Shown here in pieces: positions 12,907-26,100 of a stretch of 64,000 bases of DNA (position 1 is its first letter; every line of letters begins with the position of its first letter). The notes beneath the pieces were generated by a model, which was given only the letters and a program-made list of their open reading frames with translations, searched no databases and was not told the DNA's origin. The stretch is from positions 37,510,001 through 37,574,000 of the forward strand of contig NC_045705.1 of the NCBI RefSeq assembly GCF_009834535.1, in the 5' to 3' direction. The position numbers and the translations under genes are program-made. This DNA is from Camelus ferus. Its lineage: Eukaryota.

Positions 12907-13421
12907 TGTAATATTTGAAATGTAATATTGATCTCTGTATAAACTACCCCCAAATCACATATTTTACCTCCCACTCCCTAGGAATTTCTTTAAAATGTCC
13001 AGCTTTCACCTCAGTCTCAGCCAAGATCAGTTTTTGGAGGAGGTCAGAGGGAGGGCGTTAACCTGCAAGCTGGACCCAGGTAATTGGAGGGTCCTCACTC
13101 CCTCCTCAGTCCTCGGAATATATGTTCCACTCATCGTTTCCATAACTGGGGGAATTTCAAAAACACAACCTTGAGAGAGTAATATGCTGTTGAAACCATC
13201 CAGACTGAATACATGCCTGAACCTGTTTAGACCTCCACATAAACTGGAGACGGTATAAGAGTCCAGCAGGTGCAGAGATCCCCTCGTCATGGAGCCGCCA
13301 AAGATAAGCTTTGTATGTAAGTTGGCTTGCTTATTAAAACTGCCACCTACCAATCTGGAGTGCTCCACCTCTTCCTCTGGTCTGTCCTTGCCCCCTGTGT
13401 TCAGGGGCCGGTTTGTAAACC
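12907..13421 (+). mobile_element. Probable ERV1-class solo LTR
   Basis: TG...CA ends, TATA-like TATAAGA at 13254, ATTAAA at 13333, U5-like pyrimidine tract; subfamily and TSD not established. Confidence 0.6.
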
Positions 13422-13427
13422 AGTACC

Positions 13428-13660
13428 CGTGTAGCGGAAAGAGCAGGCGCTTTGGTTAAAAAGGAGTTTACATTCCGGCTCTACCACTTAATAACTGTGG
13501 AACAGACAAAAAGCTACAAAAAGTTTTTTCATCTTCAGCTTCTTTATATGAAAAATGGGTGGCAAAATTCAGACCTCTTAATGAGAAAGTGGTGAGGATT
13601 GCATTAGATCTTACATGAGAAAATGCCTGGCATAGGGTGTCCACTTCACACGTTAGTTTT
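13428..13660 (+). mobile_element. MIR
   Basis: gtgtagcggaaagagcagg...ccggctctaccactt...gtgaggatt...tgcctggcatag. Confidence 0.75.
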
Positions 13661-14164
13661 CTTTCCTCCAAGATCTTATGTGCATATCCTCAAATAATTC
13701 AATGATAAATTTGCTTCTCATAGAGATTATCCTTGTTTTAATTTCCAGAAATGTAGGAATCTTGTTGCNNNNNNNNNNNNNNNNNNNNNNNNNNNNNNNN
13801 NNNNNNNNNNNNNNNNNNNNNNNNNNNNNNNNNNNNNNNNNNNNNNNNNNNNNNNNNNNNNNNNNNNNNNNNNNNNNNNNNNNNNNNNNNNNNNNNNNNN
13901 NNNNNNNNNNTTTACTAAACTCTCCCTAAATTAATTTGGCTGAGCTTGTGGTTAAATTGCTTTCAAGTCACTTTTCTATGAATGCCTTCTACCAAATGCT
14001 GAAATTGGAAAAAGTAGACCAAGCAGATTTTAATGAAATGTAACAAATTGGACTGAAAGGTTACCTAAAAATAAAAATTACATTTTCAAAATGAACAAAA
14101 TGCAACAGTCCGTTTTGCTTCAATAGCAGATGGAATCGGAGCAAAAACCTACAGCATTTCCCAC

Positions 14165-14335
14165 CTGTGCTTCACAAATCACCTGAATCAAATCAAAATG
14201 GGTGCACCAGAAAAGGCAGAATCCTGGGCTCTCTGTCAAATGTATCGAATCAGATGTGCCTGTGAGGTCTAGGGATCTGTATTTAACAACAACTCAGTTG
14301 ATTTATATTATCCCTAAAACTTAAGATCATTTTCC
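14165..14335. mobile_element. MER5A/B (hAT-Charlie)
   Basis: aatcacctg...gcagaatcctgggc...gaatcag...gggatctgtattt. Confidence 0.65.
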
Positions 14336-14627
14336 TAAGGACGGAGGAAACACTAAATCATAACAACAGTGATACAGGGTCCTAGAGAGATGACATATTA
14401 GGACGATGGTTGTCTGAAATGGTAAAAGATAACAGAGTTTCTAGGAAAATATTATTAAGAATCTGGACACCAAAACTGAATCTCTATGTATCATTTAAGA
14501 ACATTCTGATATATTAGTGTGTTCATTTAATTTCTTTGCCTTCTGTCACTACCTCACTCCTCAACAGAAAGCCCCGATTCCTTAAACTTCTTTTCAAGGC
14601 CTTCCATAATCTGACCTAATTGTCCAT

Positions 14628-14770
14628 TCCACTCCAAAGTGTGGTTCCAAAACAGCAACATCAGCATCACCCAGACTTACAGAATCACAAACTCTGCAGG
14701 TGGGGCCCAGCAATCTGTGTCTTAGAAAGGCCTCTGGGTGATTCTGATGCACATGAGTTTGAAAACTACT
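14628..14770. mobile_element. MER5A (hAT-Charlie)
   Basis: caaagtgtggttcc...cagcatcacc...ggggcccagcaatctgtg...ggtgattctgatgcac...agtttgaaaact. Confidence 0.85.
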
Positions 14771-14944
14771 TGTTCATCCTTCATGGTTCTCCGTGATTCA
14801 TCAGACTTGAGTCAACCGCTATGAACAAAAGGAATTAGAGTTGAGACCTTAATGTAGGAAACCTAACTGGGTCTCTTTTTCCCCTTTGAGATGGAAAAGA
14901 GATTCCCAGGGACTGCTAATGTGTCCAGTCATGAAAGAACCAGC

Positions 14945-15185
14945 ACTTTTTGAATATTTATTACATGTCAGTTACTCTTCTCAGCACTTTACATTTATAA
15001 CCCAATTTCCCCTCACTACAACCTAAGGACGTAAGTTTGATTACTATCACCATTTTGCATTGTGATACTGAGGAACAGAGAGTTAAGCCACAACCTCAAG
15101 GTCACACAGCTGCCAATGGATAGAATCAGAAATTGAACTCAGTCTGTCTCTCCAGCTCATGTTCTTTGCTATTTGACACACTGTT
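14945..15185 (-). mobile_element. MIR
   Basis: cagcactttacat...actgaggaacagagagttaag...caaggtcacacagct. Confidence 0.8.
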
Positions 15186-15749
15186 TGCAGGAAATGTTAG
15201 CAACAGTCAAACACAACCTGAAGAATTCTTAACCTTGGTAAAGATAAAGATAATGCCCAGACTTGGGAAAGGAGTAGGGTTGAATAGCCTTGAGTAGTTC
15301 CTAGATCATAAGTGAAGATATTTTGACAGTTGAGGTAACTGTTACCAATATGCCTCCTTTAGTAAATCACCTTCAATCCTGCTTATCTTTAGGTTTCTGT
15401 TAAATCATTGCTTTATTAGAAAAGCTTTTCAGCTGTGTGACCTTGAAGCAAAACACAGTATCAGAGGCTACATTTCCTCATCAAAAGATATATTTAACAC
15501 TAGAGAAATAATAGGAAAAGAAGGGACATATGTAAAAGTGCTTCTTAAACTTTAAAACATTAATTATATGCTTAAAATGTGATGTCATAATATTTTTTAT
15601 ACCTACTGATTGGAGACGATCACTTTAACGGTTCTTTGATACCACCACAGCATTGTCTTTATAGACTGGTTGCACAAAGTGCCTTTGTTTAGCTTGTTTA
15701 GCAATTTATTCATCAAATCTCAACCTTCACCCTATCACCCCATAGTAGA

Positions 15750-15935
15750 ACAGGTTTTCAAAATTTCCTTACCATAAGATTAACCTGAGATGCTTTTCTA
15801 ATAAAAGTCATATTCTCTAGCATCTTCCTTGGAAATTTTATTTATTTAGGTCTGGCGTGAGACCCAGGATACCATATATTTTAAGAAATATCCCAAGTGA
15901 TTCTTATGATGAGCTGAATGTGGGAAATACTACAG
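15750..15935. mobile_element. MER5-family DNA transposon
   Basis: taggtctggcgtgagacccagg...cccaagtgattcttatgat. Confidence 0.65.
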
Positions 15936-16249
15936 TAAATCCTAAAATTCTTTTGAAGATTTAAAAACACAGACAAAAAAAAAAAATGTCCTCCCACTTT
16001 TTATCTACTAACAGCATAAAGATTATTTTGGGACAAATCTGTTAATTTGTTCATGTATTTAGCAAAATATTTATTTTTCAAGAAATGCTACATTATTAGT
16101 TCTTTACCACAATACATCTGTCAGAAAGGGTAAAGGAGTACTTTTTTTTTTTTTTCCTGAAAAGAAGGTATGTATTAGAAAGGTATTCATTTGGATAGAC
16201 TATATTATGAAAGTAACAAAGTAGACCGTATTAATCCTCTCTACAAATC

Positions 16250-16540
16250 CTGTGGTGCAGTACAATAACTAAATTCAGACCATTCATACCATTGAGGGTT
16301 ATTAAGGATTGGAAGACTTACTCCCTGTGCTCACTAAGGGATCTGGACTGAGTTTCTGCCACCCTGTAGTTATACCACCTGAATTGTCAAGAAAAGGGAA
16401 GGGGCAGACTGAGAAACCAAACTTGGGTATGTCACTGCCTCAAGCCAGAAGTGACACACAACAGTCGGGCCTTAGTTCATTGCCCAGAAAGGTCAAGTGG
16501 CCCAGTCTAAATAAAAGGGGGCTGGGAAATGCAGAGTGAC
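16250..16540 (-). mobile_element. Old MaLR LTR relic (MLT1K-like)
   Basis: ttcattgcccagaaaggtcaagtggccc...ggggctgggaaatgcag. Confidence 0.5.
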
Positions 16541-17034
16541 AAGTGGACTGTTTTGGAAGCTTTACTCTTTCTGCCTCAATCTACTTTAAATTCAATAAGT
16601 ACTCTAAATAATCAGCTAACTTTATGTGATTTAAAGCTCCCAAGCAATATGGAAGAAGAGAAACTAAGTAAATTTGTTTCTCACCCCAGGAATTCCAAAT
16701 TTACTTAAAAAATAAGCCTGTAGGAGAGTAAATCATTTAATTACAAGGAGTATGAATTAAAGAAATAGTGTGACATGTTCTGATGGCAAAAAGTGGACAC
16801 CTTTATAAAGTGGAGCTTTATGAAAGAAACTGGATAAATTAAAGCCATAGATTTAGAAAAAAATCTGGGAGTATGTGGGTATATCCTAAGACTTATTTAA
16901 GGGAACCACCATTAGAAAAATACAAGCCATGCTTGTGTAATAACACATAGAATAAATTATGGAATTGAGTACATGATTCTGGAAATTACACTATGACTCA
17001 GTATTATAGGAAGGGAAGGAAAAAAATATTTTTA

Positions 17035-17220
17035 ATACTTTTCCACATGTGAAGATTTGCTAATGCTTTGCCTATGTTATCTCTATTTATCATTACCCAA
17101 AACTCTCAAAAGTAAGAATTATTCTCATTTTACAGATGGGATCACCAATGTGAAGAACCAGACTAACATCACACGCTTAGTAAATAGCAGAACTAAGTAA
17201 CATTCAAAGCCATGACTGTG
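17035..17220 (-). mobile_element. MIR
   Basis: attctcattttacagatggg...cacacgcttagtaaatagcaga. Confidence 0.65.
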
Positions 17221-17328
17221 GGTCCAAGGTTGTGTGCAGGGATGTGCATATTTTTTCATAGTAAGTGATGCTTTGCTAACATGGAACTTTCTTTGCTAAA
17301 ATCCTGCCTTTATAAAAGAGAAAGAATA

Positions 17329-17809
17329 CAGATCTTCCTCGNNNNNNNNNNNNNNNNNNNNNNNNNNNNNNNNNNNNNNNNNNNNNNNNNNNNNNNNNNN
17401 NNNNNNNNNNNNNNNNNNNNNNNNNNNNNNNNNNNNNNNNNNNNNNNNNNNNNNNNNNNNNNNNNNNNNNNNNNNNNNNNNNNNNNNNNNNNNNNNNNNN
17501 NNNNNGCCTATTTTATAATCAGGTATCAAATATCCGATATAACTGACTATTGTACTAAATGTGAGAAACAGAATGTTTGTGTGGGTACAGAACGGTTGTA
17601 AGAGGATTGATTGTGATCCCCTTGCTGGCTGGGAGCTGAGGGTTCCCTGCCACTTCCCAGCATCCTGAGAGAGCAGTGGACCAAGTATCACTAGCCCAGC
17701 AAAGGGTCAAAATTAAAAACTGGAAGTATGGTTTCTACAAAATGCTTATTGCTTTTGCACCATTGTAAATTCCAAAAAAGTCCAACCAGCAGAAGTCGGG
17801 GACCATCTG
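17329..17809 (+). mobile_element. MER47B (Tigger5-derived Tc1/mariner MITE), complete with TA TSDs
   Basis: TA-CAGATCTTCCTCG start and GGGGACCATCTG-TA end; internal gcctattttataat and ggctgggagctg...ctagccc; N-run 17342-17505 inside. Confidence 0.9.
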
Positions 17810-18689
17810 TATGTTCATGACACCACGTTAGTGATGTTTAATGAAGTCATAATCTATTCACAGCCACACTCAGTGAGCTTGTGATAACTTTATGTATAAC
17901 GTTTCTGTACTACAGGACTATGGACATGTGAAACAAATAGGCAAGATCATCGAGGCATATTCCTTTGAGCAGTCCTTCTAAATTGCACAAAAATTGGCAG
18001 CTAATTAGCAGCTCATTAGCAACATTGATAAACCATGTGACAAAAACAAATGCTGTGCTAACAGAAGGAACAGAGCTTTCCAGTGAATGTGAAATAGAAT
18101 AAAGGATAAAAGCAATTTGCTGAAATGAATTTCCTATAGATTTCTAAATAATTCTCATTTTATTTCATATTTTCTTAGTCATACATTCAAATATTTGTAA
18201 ATCACCCTGTTCAAAGCAATGTGGTAGTTTTGGAGATGAAAAATATGTGTTAAACACAAATTGTACCTTCAAAAACCTCAAAATATAGCAAGATAATTAA
18301 GGAATCTACATGTTTCCTTTTTTGTAAACAACCTTTATCAAGCCTGGAAATGATCTTTTCAGGTAAAACTTGGCATGTCATTGGCATAAACACACATACA
18401 CATCTGACCATATTATCTGCTGGGTGGACAGACTGCTGTTAAAGTAAGCAGAAGATTAAGCTAAGAAAGCCATGGCTATGAGATTAGGAACATTTTTTGA
18501 TGTGCATAAGAATTAGACGTATGAGACTAAAGTGTTTTGAATGACCAGACTTAGTTTTCAGGCAAGTATGCTTTTCCAGTTGAAAGCATTCAGTTATTCT
18601 CCATTTCTGATACTAGGATATTTTAACTCCCTAAAATAGTACACCAGGTCTTGGTTTATCTTTCCACTCTTCCTGTGTTCTATCCTAAA

Positions 18690-19015
18690 TTATCTGTGGG
18701 CTTCAGAATATGCCACACTGTATCCCACCTGTGTTGCTGCTCCCTTTACCTTGAATGGCTTTCACCCACTTTACCAACTCTGTACAATTCCTCTTCACAA
18801 TTCAAGATGCAGGTAACATCATCAAATATAGAAAGAGCTAGATTCCCCACCCTTTCTATCTACCTATATTGAATTTGTCCTACCATGTAATATATATCTA
18901 ATTTGTCTCCAATTTCTCCCTTTGGACTTCTTTTCATCTCTGTATCTTTGGTGGCTAATACTGGGGAGGGATAAAATAACAACTTAGCAAATATTTGAAC
19001 AATTGAGTGAATCAG
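18690..19015 (+). mobile_element. LINE-2 3' fragment
   Basis: gctccctttaccttgaatggc...caaatatttgaacaattgagtgaa. Confidence 0.55.
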
Positions 19016-19514
19016 TAAGCGTGTGCTATTCCAATTTCCATCTATAACAAGAGATTATGAATGCTAGGCCACTGGTTATCATGGTCACAGGAGACTCTAA
19101 GCTATAGACATGCTTAAAAGAAAAATACACATACAAACATTTTTCTCTTAAAAGAACAAATCCAGCTATTTAAATAAAGTAAGCAGATCATCTTATAGAA
19201 CAAAGCTTTAAAGAAATGAACGAAGTTTTCTTTATGGCTCTTCTCAATGAAATTTGTACTTGTTATGATCATAGCTTAGTAAAATGCTTGTATCTAGAAG
19301 ACTTAATAGTAGCTATAAACATTGTGTGAGTTTTCTTTACAACCTACCTTTGCAAGGGATCTAACACTTAAAAGGACTGTATCTTTTTTTTTTCCTGAAA
19401 TTTCTTAAGTGAAAACAGAAAAAAAGAAAATCCTTAGGTACCCACAGCTATCACATGAATGCAACTGAACAACTGAACCCAATATAACTTTGAAGCAAAT
19501 AAATTGAAGAATGA

Positions 19515-19911
19515 CTAAATGAAGTAAGACAGAAAGAGAAAGAAAAATACCATATGATATCACTCATATGTGGAATCTAAAAAAAAAAGAAAAGATAAAA
19601 GAAGACACAAATGAACTTATCTACAAGACAGAAACAAACTCAGACATAGTAAATAAACTTATGGCTACCAGGGGGAAAGAGGGTGGGAAGGGACAGAGAG
19701 TTTGAGATACACAAATGCCAACTATTGTATATAAAATAAACAAATTTCTCCTGTATAGCACAGAATTCAACATCTTATAATAACCTATAATGAAACAGAA
19801 TATGAAAACAAATATATGTATGTATATGTATGACTGAAACATTATGCTGTACATTAGAAGTTGACATATAACTGACTATACTTCAGTTCAAAAAAAGAAA
19901 GAAAAACAAAG
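19515..19911 (+). mobile_element. 5'-truncated lineage-specific L1 (artiodactyl/camelid 3' UTR) with perfect 14-bp TSD
   Basis: TSD aaattgaagaatga at 19501-19514 and 19912-19925; 3' UTR gtatatgtatgactgaaacattatgctgtac...actgactatacttca; A-rich tail. Confidence 0.93.
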
Positions 19912-20759
19912 AAATTGAAGAATGAAAATGAGGTATGACTGGTAAAAAGTCTACTTGCAAATACCACAGTAAGAACTGGTTATCTTATTCTCTTTAGCGT
20001 TCTGCTCATGGCATCTCCTTTCTGCTTCACTCTGTCCTGACAGTGATTTTCTTCCCAGAATTGGTTAGGTGCCTGTGACTATAGGATTCAGGCCAAAATT
20101 GATTTTAAAAAAGCAATTAATTTAGATATAATTTAAAATGACAACTAACTAGCAACCTTTCACACATCTTTCATCTTCCAATTCAACTTTCCACCACTTC
20201 TTACGATGATACATAAAAAGACAAATGAAGAAAAGATTGACAACTAACGACACAATGAAGAAAGATGTGGTAGTAAATTGACAGTGTGGTGGTAAACTTG
20301 TGCTTTGCCTCATGAAAGAGATTAGCCCCTCTTGCAGAAAAGGAGGAAGAGATATACTTCCTTTTGGTGTTCCATTAACATTGAGGTTTGGAATCCAAAA
20401 ACTATTGGTGGTTTTAGTGGTGGTAGTTTTGAGTGACAGAAAAAAAAAAAAAAGCTGTAGGAAATGAGAGATGGTCCCACCTTGGTCTAGTAGAGCCACA
20501 CCAGATGAATTTCTATGACAGTTACACATGTATGATTGCCTCCCAGATGTTAAAATGAGACAGGATTCTGTAAAAATTAAAATATCTGAGTAGAAGATTT
20601 AACAATAAATCTTCAGACCTTGTCTTTTGGAAAACTTCAGGTCTGTATATCTCTCTCATTGGCTTTATTTGGGAGAAAAAATGAAAAAAAAAAAACCTTT
20701 TCGAAGTAAATCCTAAAAATTAAAAGTTACATATTCTAAGAAAATTAACACAGACTTTA

Positions 20760-21700
20760 AGAAAAAATAGAATTTTCAGTATATGGCAAAATCACCTTGC
20801 CTTATTGAAACAGGATAAGAAGACCAAAGATTAAAAAAAGGTTGAAATAAGAGGACAATATTTTTCTACTTTTAAAAGTCTGCTAGAAAAATAGCCAATA
20901 GTACATGAAATATAAAAAAGTACATGAAATATAAAATTATATTATCAGTGTCAAGAAAGCCAACGTAAAACTACAAGAAGTCTAGTCAATATTGCAAAGA
21001 ACAGACTGAAAAGCCTCAAGAATACAGAAAAAAAAAGTGTAGCAGATTAAGGCAATCAGAAAGATGAGAGATACAGAAAAAAATAACATCAAATGTTGAA
21101 ATATTAGGATTTTTGGATACATAAAATTGTTTGATATAATAAACAGTGACAAAGTTGAAGAAATTTCTCAGGAAGGAAAAATATGATAGTCTTTAAACTT
21201 TTCAGGAAAAACTGAAGAGAACTGTTTTATACCAAGATGCATTTTGAAAACATAAATGTTGAATTTCAATGATAAAGATTTTAAAAGATCCAAGCATTAA
21301 AATAGTATCCAAAAATATATGAAATTACTCTGATTCAACCCCTGCAATTAATAAATCCCCCAAAATAACGAAACAAGATTTAAAGGATTTTGAGTCTGTG
21401 TATATATAATGTTTCAAAGGTTAATGAATATATTAGTTAAATATACTCAGAAAATGTGTTAATAAAAAACCCACAAAGATATTTTCCCATAATATTTGAA
21501 ATAAAAATCAAGAAATGGGAATTACATTATAAAAGAGTCCATAAAATAAGATATAAAGTTAGCTTAATATTAGATTAAGTATATATTTTATAAATACAAG
21601 TAAATTTGTTTATAAAAATTTAATATTACAAATATATGAAAGAGAAGATTTTTTATAAAAATACTAACACTGAAAATCAGGCAGTTGTCAAAAACTAGGA
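20760..21700 (+). mobile_element. Very old L1/HAL1-like A-rich relic
   Basis: Strong A skew and ORF1-like phrases; too decayed to type. Confidence 0.35.
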
Positions 21701-22889
21701 ATGTGCTCTCATTAGGGCTGTTTCTTTAAATTACATTACTATTTACTTCTTAATATACATCTTTATTATAGAAAACACTTAAAAGTAGAAACACATGCAT
21801 ATGCATATGCACACACACACACTCGTACATACTAATCCAACTCCCTAAAATTCCCCTTGCATATTTTCTAGTGGGAGGTACCTAAATGTTCTGTGTATAT
21901 ATATATATATGTATATGTGTGAGTGAATCTAATGACCAGTTAAAAAATCTAGGTCTCTCTGCCTCAATTTTGGTCTATTCTTAAAGGCGAGACCAGCTTC
22001 AGGACTCCCCATGGGATTTGCTAAGGCATCTGTTGCAATGTCCTCATCCAACTAGTCCTGCTTCTCTTATCCCTTATATGTGGTATTCATCAGACACCTT
22101 CATTCCCCCTTCCACCACCCGCCCCCAGAAAAACCCAAAATCTACTTCAATCAAATCTCTGGCTAATATTCTGTTTCCTGAGGGAAACAAGCCTAAAGCA
22201 GGAAGAATGCATGCTTCCATGCTACTGATGAAACTATTACAAGGTGTAGATGATGCAGAATGTTCAAAATTCTGTTTGAAAATAAAACTCAGACTGAATA
22301 TAGCTGCTAAGGTGTTAAATCTATAATATCTTTGTCCATCAGAATAGTTTTACCTTCATCAATAGGTTTTGAACAAAGAGATACCAAATTTAAATTTACT
22401 TAAATTATGATATGAATATACACACGTCTATATATATAAAGCAAGAAACAGAAATGGATGAGAGGTTTTAAAATTTCAAAGCACTAACTCTCACTCTTAT
22501 TTCAGTAATGCATGTGGAAACTGCTGGCCCAAAATAAATCCCTTTCAGTTTCCAAAGGAGTAGACTTAAAGTCCCTTCATAGGCATTTTTAGGTATTTTC
22601 TCATCTTCAAACAAGACTCTTCACAGGAAAAGAAAATGAAGCTGGAAGAGCTTAACAGCTAGATGGAAGCCACACGGCATCACGTGATGGAGTTGGGATC
22701 TGAACTAATACAGCTGACTTCAAAGTCAACTATTGCACCCCTGTTATGATGTCACTGTTCCAAAATACGATTAAGTGATCACTTAATTTACCAGAAGGAA
22801 GATGGAATGCAAACCCTATCAGTATTTCCACCCATAAATAATGAGTTTCCTTGAGGAAGCAAGATGAGCGTACATACAGTTCATACAGT

Positions 22890-23135
22890 ATATACAGTAT
22901 GAGAGGACTGTATTGAAACATCTGGGTTCAAACTTGGACTTTACCACTTAATGGCTGGGTGAATTTGGTTAAGTTATTTGACCTCTTGAAGTCCCATCTG
23001 ATTTTCTTCTTCTGAAAATCAGGACAATAATAACCTCCTGGATTTTTTGTGGGGATAAAATATGATGATGAATTAAAGTGCTTAGCATAGTACTCAGCGC
23101 ATAGTTAGCACTCAATAAATTTTAACTATTATTAC
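22890..23135 (+). mobile_element. MIR, near full length
   Basis: ctgggttcaaacttgg...taagttatttgacctct...gtgcttagcatagt...gcactcaataaat...ctattatt. Confidence 0.85.
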
Positions 23136-26100
23136 TGTAACTAGTCTAGATAAAACGTGAAAGAACAATATTGAAAGATTATTTGATTTTCTGTTTTTAT
23201 ATATGGTAATATGACATTATAAATCCCAATGACTGACAAGGTTTTTCAAGGTCAAACATTTCACAATAACTAATTAATTATATTTTCCTTTCAGTAAATC
23301 ACTATCGGAAGAAATCATTAGGTGACCTTTTCTGGTTACAGCAATCCAATAAAAATTACATTAGCCAGTGTTTCAGGAACATTAGTCTAATGTGCTTTTA
23401 GAGATAACCTTCTCTGAGCAGTATAATAAGTTTGTGTGAAAAGCATAAAGCATGTAATATATAATAAGATTTGGACTTTAATGAACCATCTTGGCAAACT
23501 GACTGGTACTATAATTCAAAGGTGAGCTTTCCTTAATTAATGAATTAAAAAAAGCCAAGAGTATTCCCTAAATGCTACACTTGATTATACTTCCACTTAT
23601 TTTCCATTTTTACCATATACCCCTGATTTGTTAAGTAATACGAAATGAATTCTAAGTGACCTTGGCCGTGAAAATAACAGGGGAGAATAGGAGCAATTTA
23701 CAAAGAGATGGCAAAACTAGAGACTTGTGTAGCTTCCAAAGCATACTTTTTCCCCCCAAAATATTAGCAAATTTGGCTTATATTTGATTTTGAATTGAGA
23801 CAGGTATTTTTCTGAAACTACTCCCTACTGGGTGTTTACTCCAATTCAGTGTTACTAAGCCACTGGGTCAGACTTAGTTAAACAACCACATTGAAAGATT
23901 TCAAGAGCATAGATGAGCAGATCATTTTTCAAAGAAAAGCTTCATTTCTCTTATTCCTACAGCCTTTGAAAAGAGTTAAGACGGTTTATTGTATTCTGTA
24001 TCTAACTCTCCTATAAAGTAGTAAGCTCCCCAAGAGTAGGAATTTCTCAGAACTGCATGGTATTTTTGATATTTAACAAATGCCTAACAAATTGTTTTAG
24101 ACTGCACTGTATTTAGGATTGCTGAAGAAACGAATATACAAACGAGAAAGTGATAAATAGCAAGCAGACGTCTGCATTAGGGTTAAAATATTTTCCCATT
24201 AATATACTATAATTTACTTAATTATTCCCAGAAATGGTAGCTGTTATGTACCTACAATATTTCAACAAGTCTAAGATGCCACAAGTTATAAGAACCATTA
24301 TTTAATGTGACATTAAGAAAAACAAAATACTGACAATTTAACTGTGATGTGCCTTCATTGCTTCAATTTTCAGTGATACAAAATTTGGGGGGAATCTTAG
24401 AATTAATGCTATTTTCTTATTTTATATATTTTTATGTGGATAAATTTAAAGCTTTTGCTAAAGGCAAAAGTAAAAAGAATGAAATAAAAGAATTGTATAA
24501 TATCCCTTGATGAGGAAAACATGACTTGAATGAGGCCCTGAAGAGAGCCTAGTTAAATCTATTCTCTTTAAACCTTTTTTTTTTTTTCCTGGAGCTAGTT
24601 GTGACAAGCTGAAAATCTACTTGAACTTTCATGGAGGAAACTGAGCTTTCTTTTCGTACTTATACTCAGCAACAGTTAGAAAAACCGTAATATTTTCTAA
24701 GGTCGTCATAAGGAGCTACAGCAATGGGAACCACAGTTGTAATAGCCATTTCAAATCCCGAGATGTTGTACTTCGTGTGTAAGAGAAAGGATTTCACTCT
24801 AGAAATAGATGATAAATTTAAGTAAATTTATTTAAATTAATTTACATCTGATGTAACTAATGATAACTACAGTTCCTAAACTATGACTCTTTCCCAAGCT
24901 AATGATATGGCATTGCTGTCCACAAATGTATAAATCATATCAACATAGGCAGTCATAGAGACTTAGCAGCTTATTTTTCCTATTTTAAAGTAAATAAAGA
25001 GAGACCTACACATATTAGAATTCTTACCTTTTTGGACCTCTGGTGTCAAGAAACCAATTAATGGTGAATTTTGAGAGGATACAACAGGCTTTGGAAAATT
25101 CAATGTGCCTTGTGACTTTAGGTCTTGTCTTAACAGAACCAGATGAACAACATGATAAGCCACCAGTTATTTAAGTGCTATGGAGGTAATTTAGCACATT
25201 ACATTGAAATAAAGAAATATCTAAGGCATTGCCACTTTCTCTTTTACATAAAGTGGGGCTTCTTTTCAAGGAAGGCATTCTGGTTTTATCTATTTCCTTC
25301 TTGAAGTGGTGAGTTACATTATTTTATCTCCACGCTCTTTCATGATAAGCCATAGACGGCCAGGAATTGAGTTGATATTGTGAAACCTTCTGGAGTCACC
25401 ATGTTCCTCATCTGTAATAAAAGGATACAGATGCCCACCTCCAAGTGGTTTGGAAAGTGCCCAACCCATAGGGCGCTCTCGGTAACTGTTTGTTAATATC
25501 ATTATCACTGATAAGTGGACCTTGTTTCTACACCATACCTCAGGCTTTTTAGATTCAATGAACTGAAAGAAAAAGTCCCATTTAGCCTTCTAAATATAAG
25601 TTTATCTATGAACTAACTTTACTAATATCTCTAGCCCTTTATTTATTTCTCAGCTGACTGAGAGGGTGAGGGGTAGAATATTCAGACCCCAAAAATCCTA
25701 ACAAGTCTTCAGCAGAGTGATTATTTTAGAAACCCTAATAATTATTTGGAAAAAGTATCCCCAGATTTTATCAGCAACTAATGATCGCTACTGTAAAAAA
25801 CAAACAAAAATACTCTGAAACTGCAATTTTGTATTCTATGGATTACATATTTGTGTGTATAGCAACAGATACCTACATTTACATATGCCTACATTTGGCA
25901 GAGTGGGAGGAAAGAAATTTTCATGTGAAAGAATACTCTAGAATAGAGGTTCAACTACTTTACCGGTGGTGTTCCTTAAGCAAACTATTTAATGTTGCAA
26001 AGTCCCAGTTTACTTATATGCAAGATGGAATTATTGTCGGCTGCCTTCCTTACCTTTAAATTGTACTTTCAGTTTGATACCTCAAATGAGGTAATGCGTA

